A stretch of DNA of 63,745 nt, counting the filler, from Octopus bimaculoides (taxonomy: Eukaryota): the NCBI RefSeq assembly GCF_001194135.2. It is 5 parts of 4 records of this genome, joined end to end, with 100 filler letters (N's around TTAATTAATTAA, not from the genome) between each part and the next. Parts side by side here need not be neighbours in the genome. Positions count along the whole stretch, not along the records: positions 60,963 to 63,745 come from NC_068998.1; 4 more parts are not named here. The stretch is one strand, 5' to 3'. The notes under the pieces were generated by a model. It made no database searches. It had not been told where the DNA came from and saw only the letters and a program-made list of their open reading frames with translations. This document shows positions 63,603 through 63,745 of this stretch, in pieces (position 1 is the stretch's first letter; each line of letters starts with the position of its first letter). Position numbers and translations under genes: made by a program.

Positions 63603-63635
63603 CTTCTGAAGAAGAGCTTTGCTCGAAACGTAAAG
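63603..63635 (+). ncRNA. minimal type I hammerhead motif
   Basis: CUU-CUGAAGA-aGAGC-UUU-GCUC-GAAA-CG-UA/AAG; ACGU palindromic stem III. Confidence 0.6.
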
Positions 63636-63745
63636 CCACCTTTCTTTCCTTCCCTGAGCGTCTGCTAATACTCACGTTGTTGTTTTTTTGTGTTTGTTCT
63701 TCGTTTTTTTGATAGGGAATTACTACATATATAGATAGATATATG

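Overview
AT-rich, repeat-dense eukaryotic genomic DNA from a draft assembly. It has many N gaps and four artificial TTAATTAATTAA scaffold linkers. The SINE/RTE repeat set and microsatellite load point to a coleoid cephalopod, most likely Octopus (inference). There is no intact long ORF. Mobile content: two degenerate Penelope-like elements of different types (54.7-57.2 kb, 57.8-58.6 kb), four R4/Dong-like REL-endonuclease LINE fragments associated with (TAA)n arrays, RTE LINE remnants, a decayed mariner, two TTAA-flanked piggyBac-type MITEs and many tRNA-derived SINEs. Host-gene traces are small. They comprise a + strand terminal exon encoding a tail-anchor resembling Miro (34536-34653), a convergent - strand microexon plus terminal exon (43296-43315, 40590-40604), and a phase-compatible three-exon chain (28082-29413) of unknown identity. 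The standout signal is a set of type I minimal hammerhead-ribozyme motifs from at least five unrelated small repeat families. These include a 669-bp near-perfect foldback whose two arms each carry a hammerhead. A CpG-depleted domain (about 32.2-47.8 kb) looks like a gene-body methylation footprint. All calls were made by eye; no searches or folding were run.
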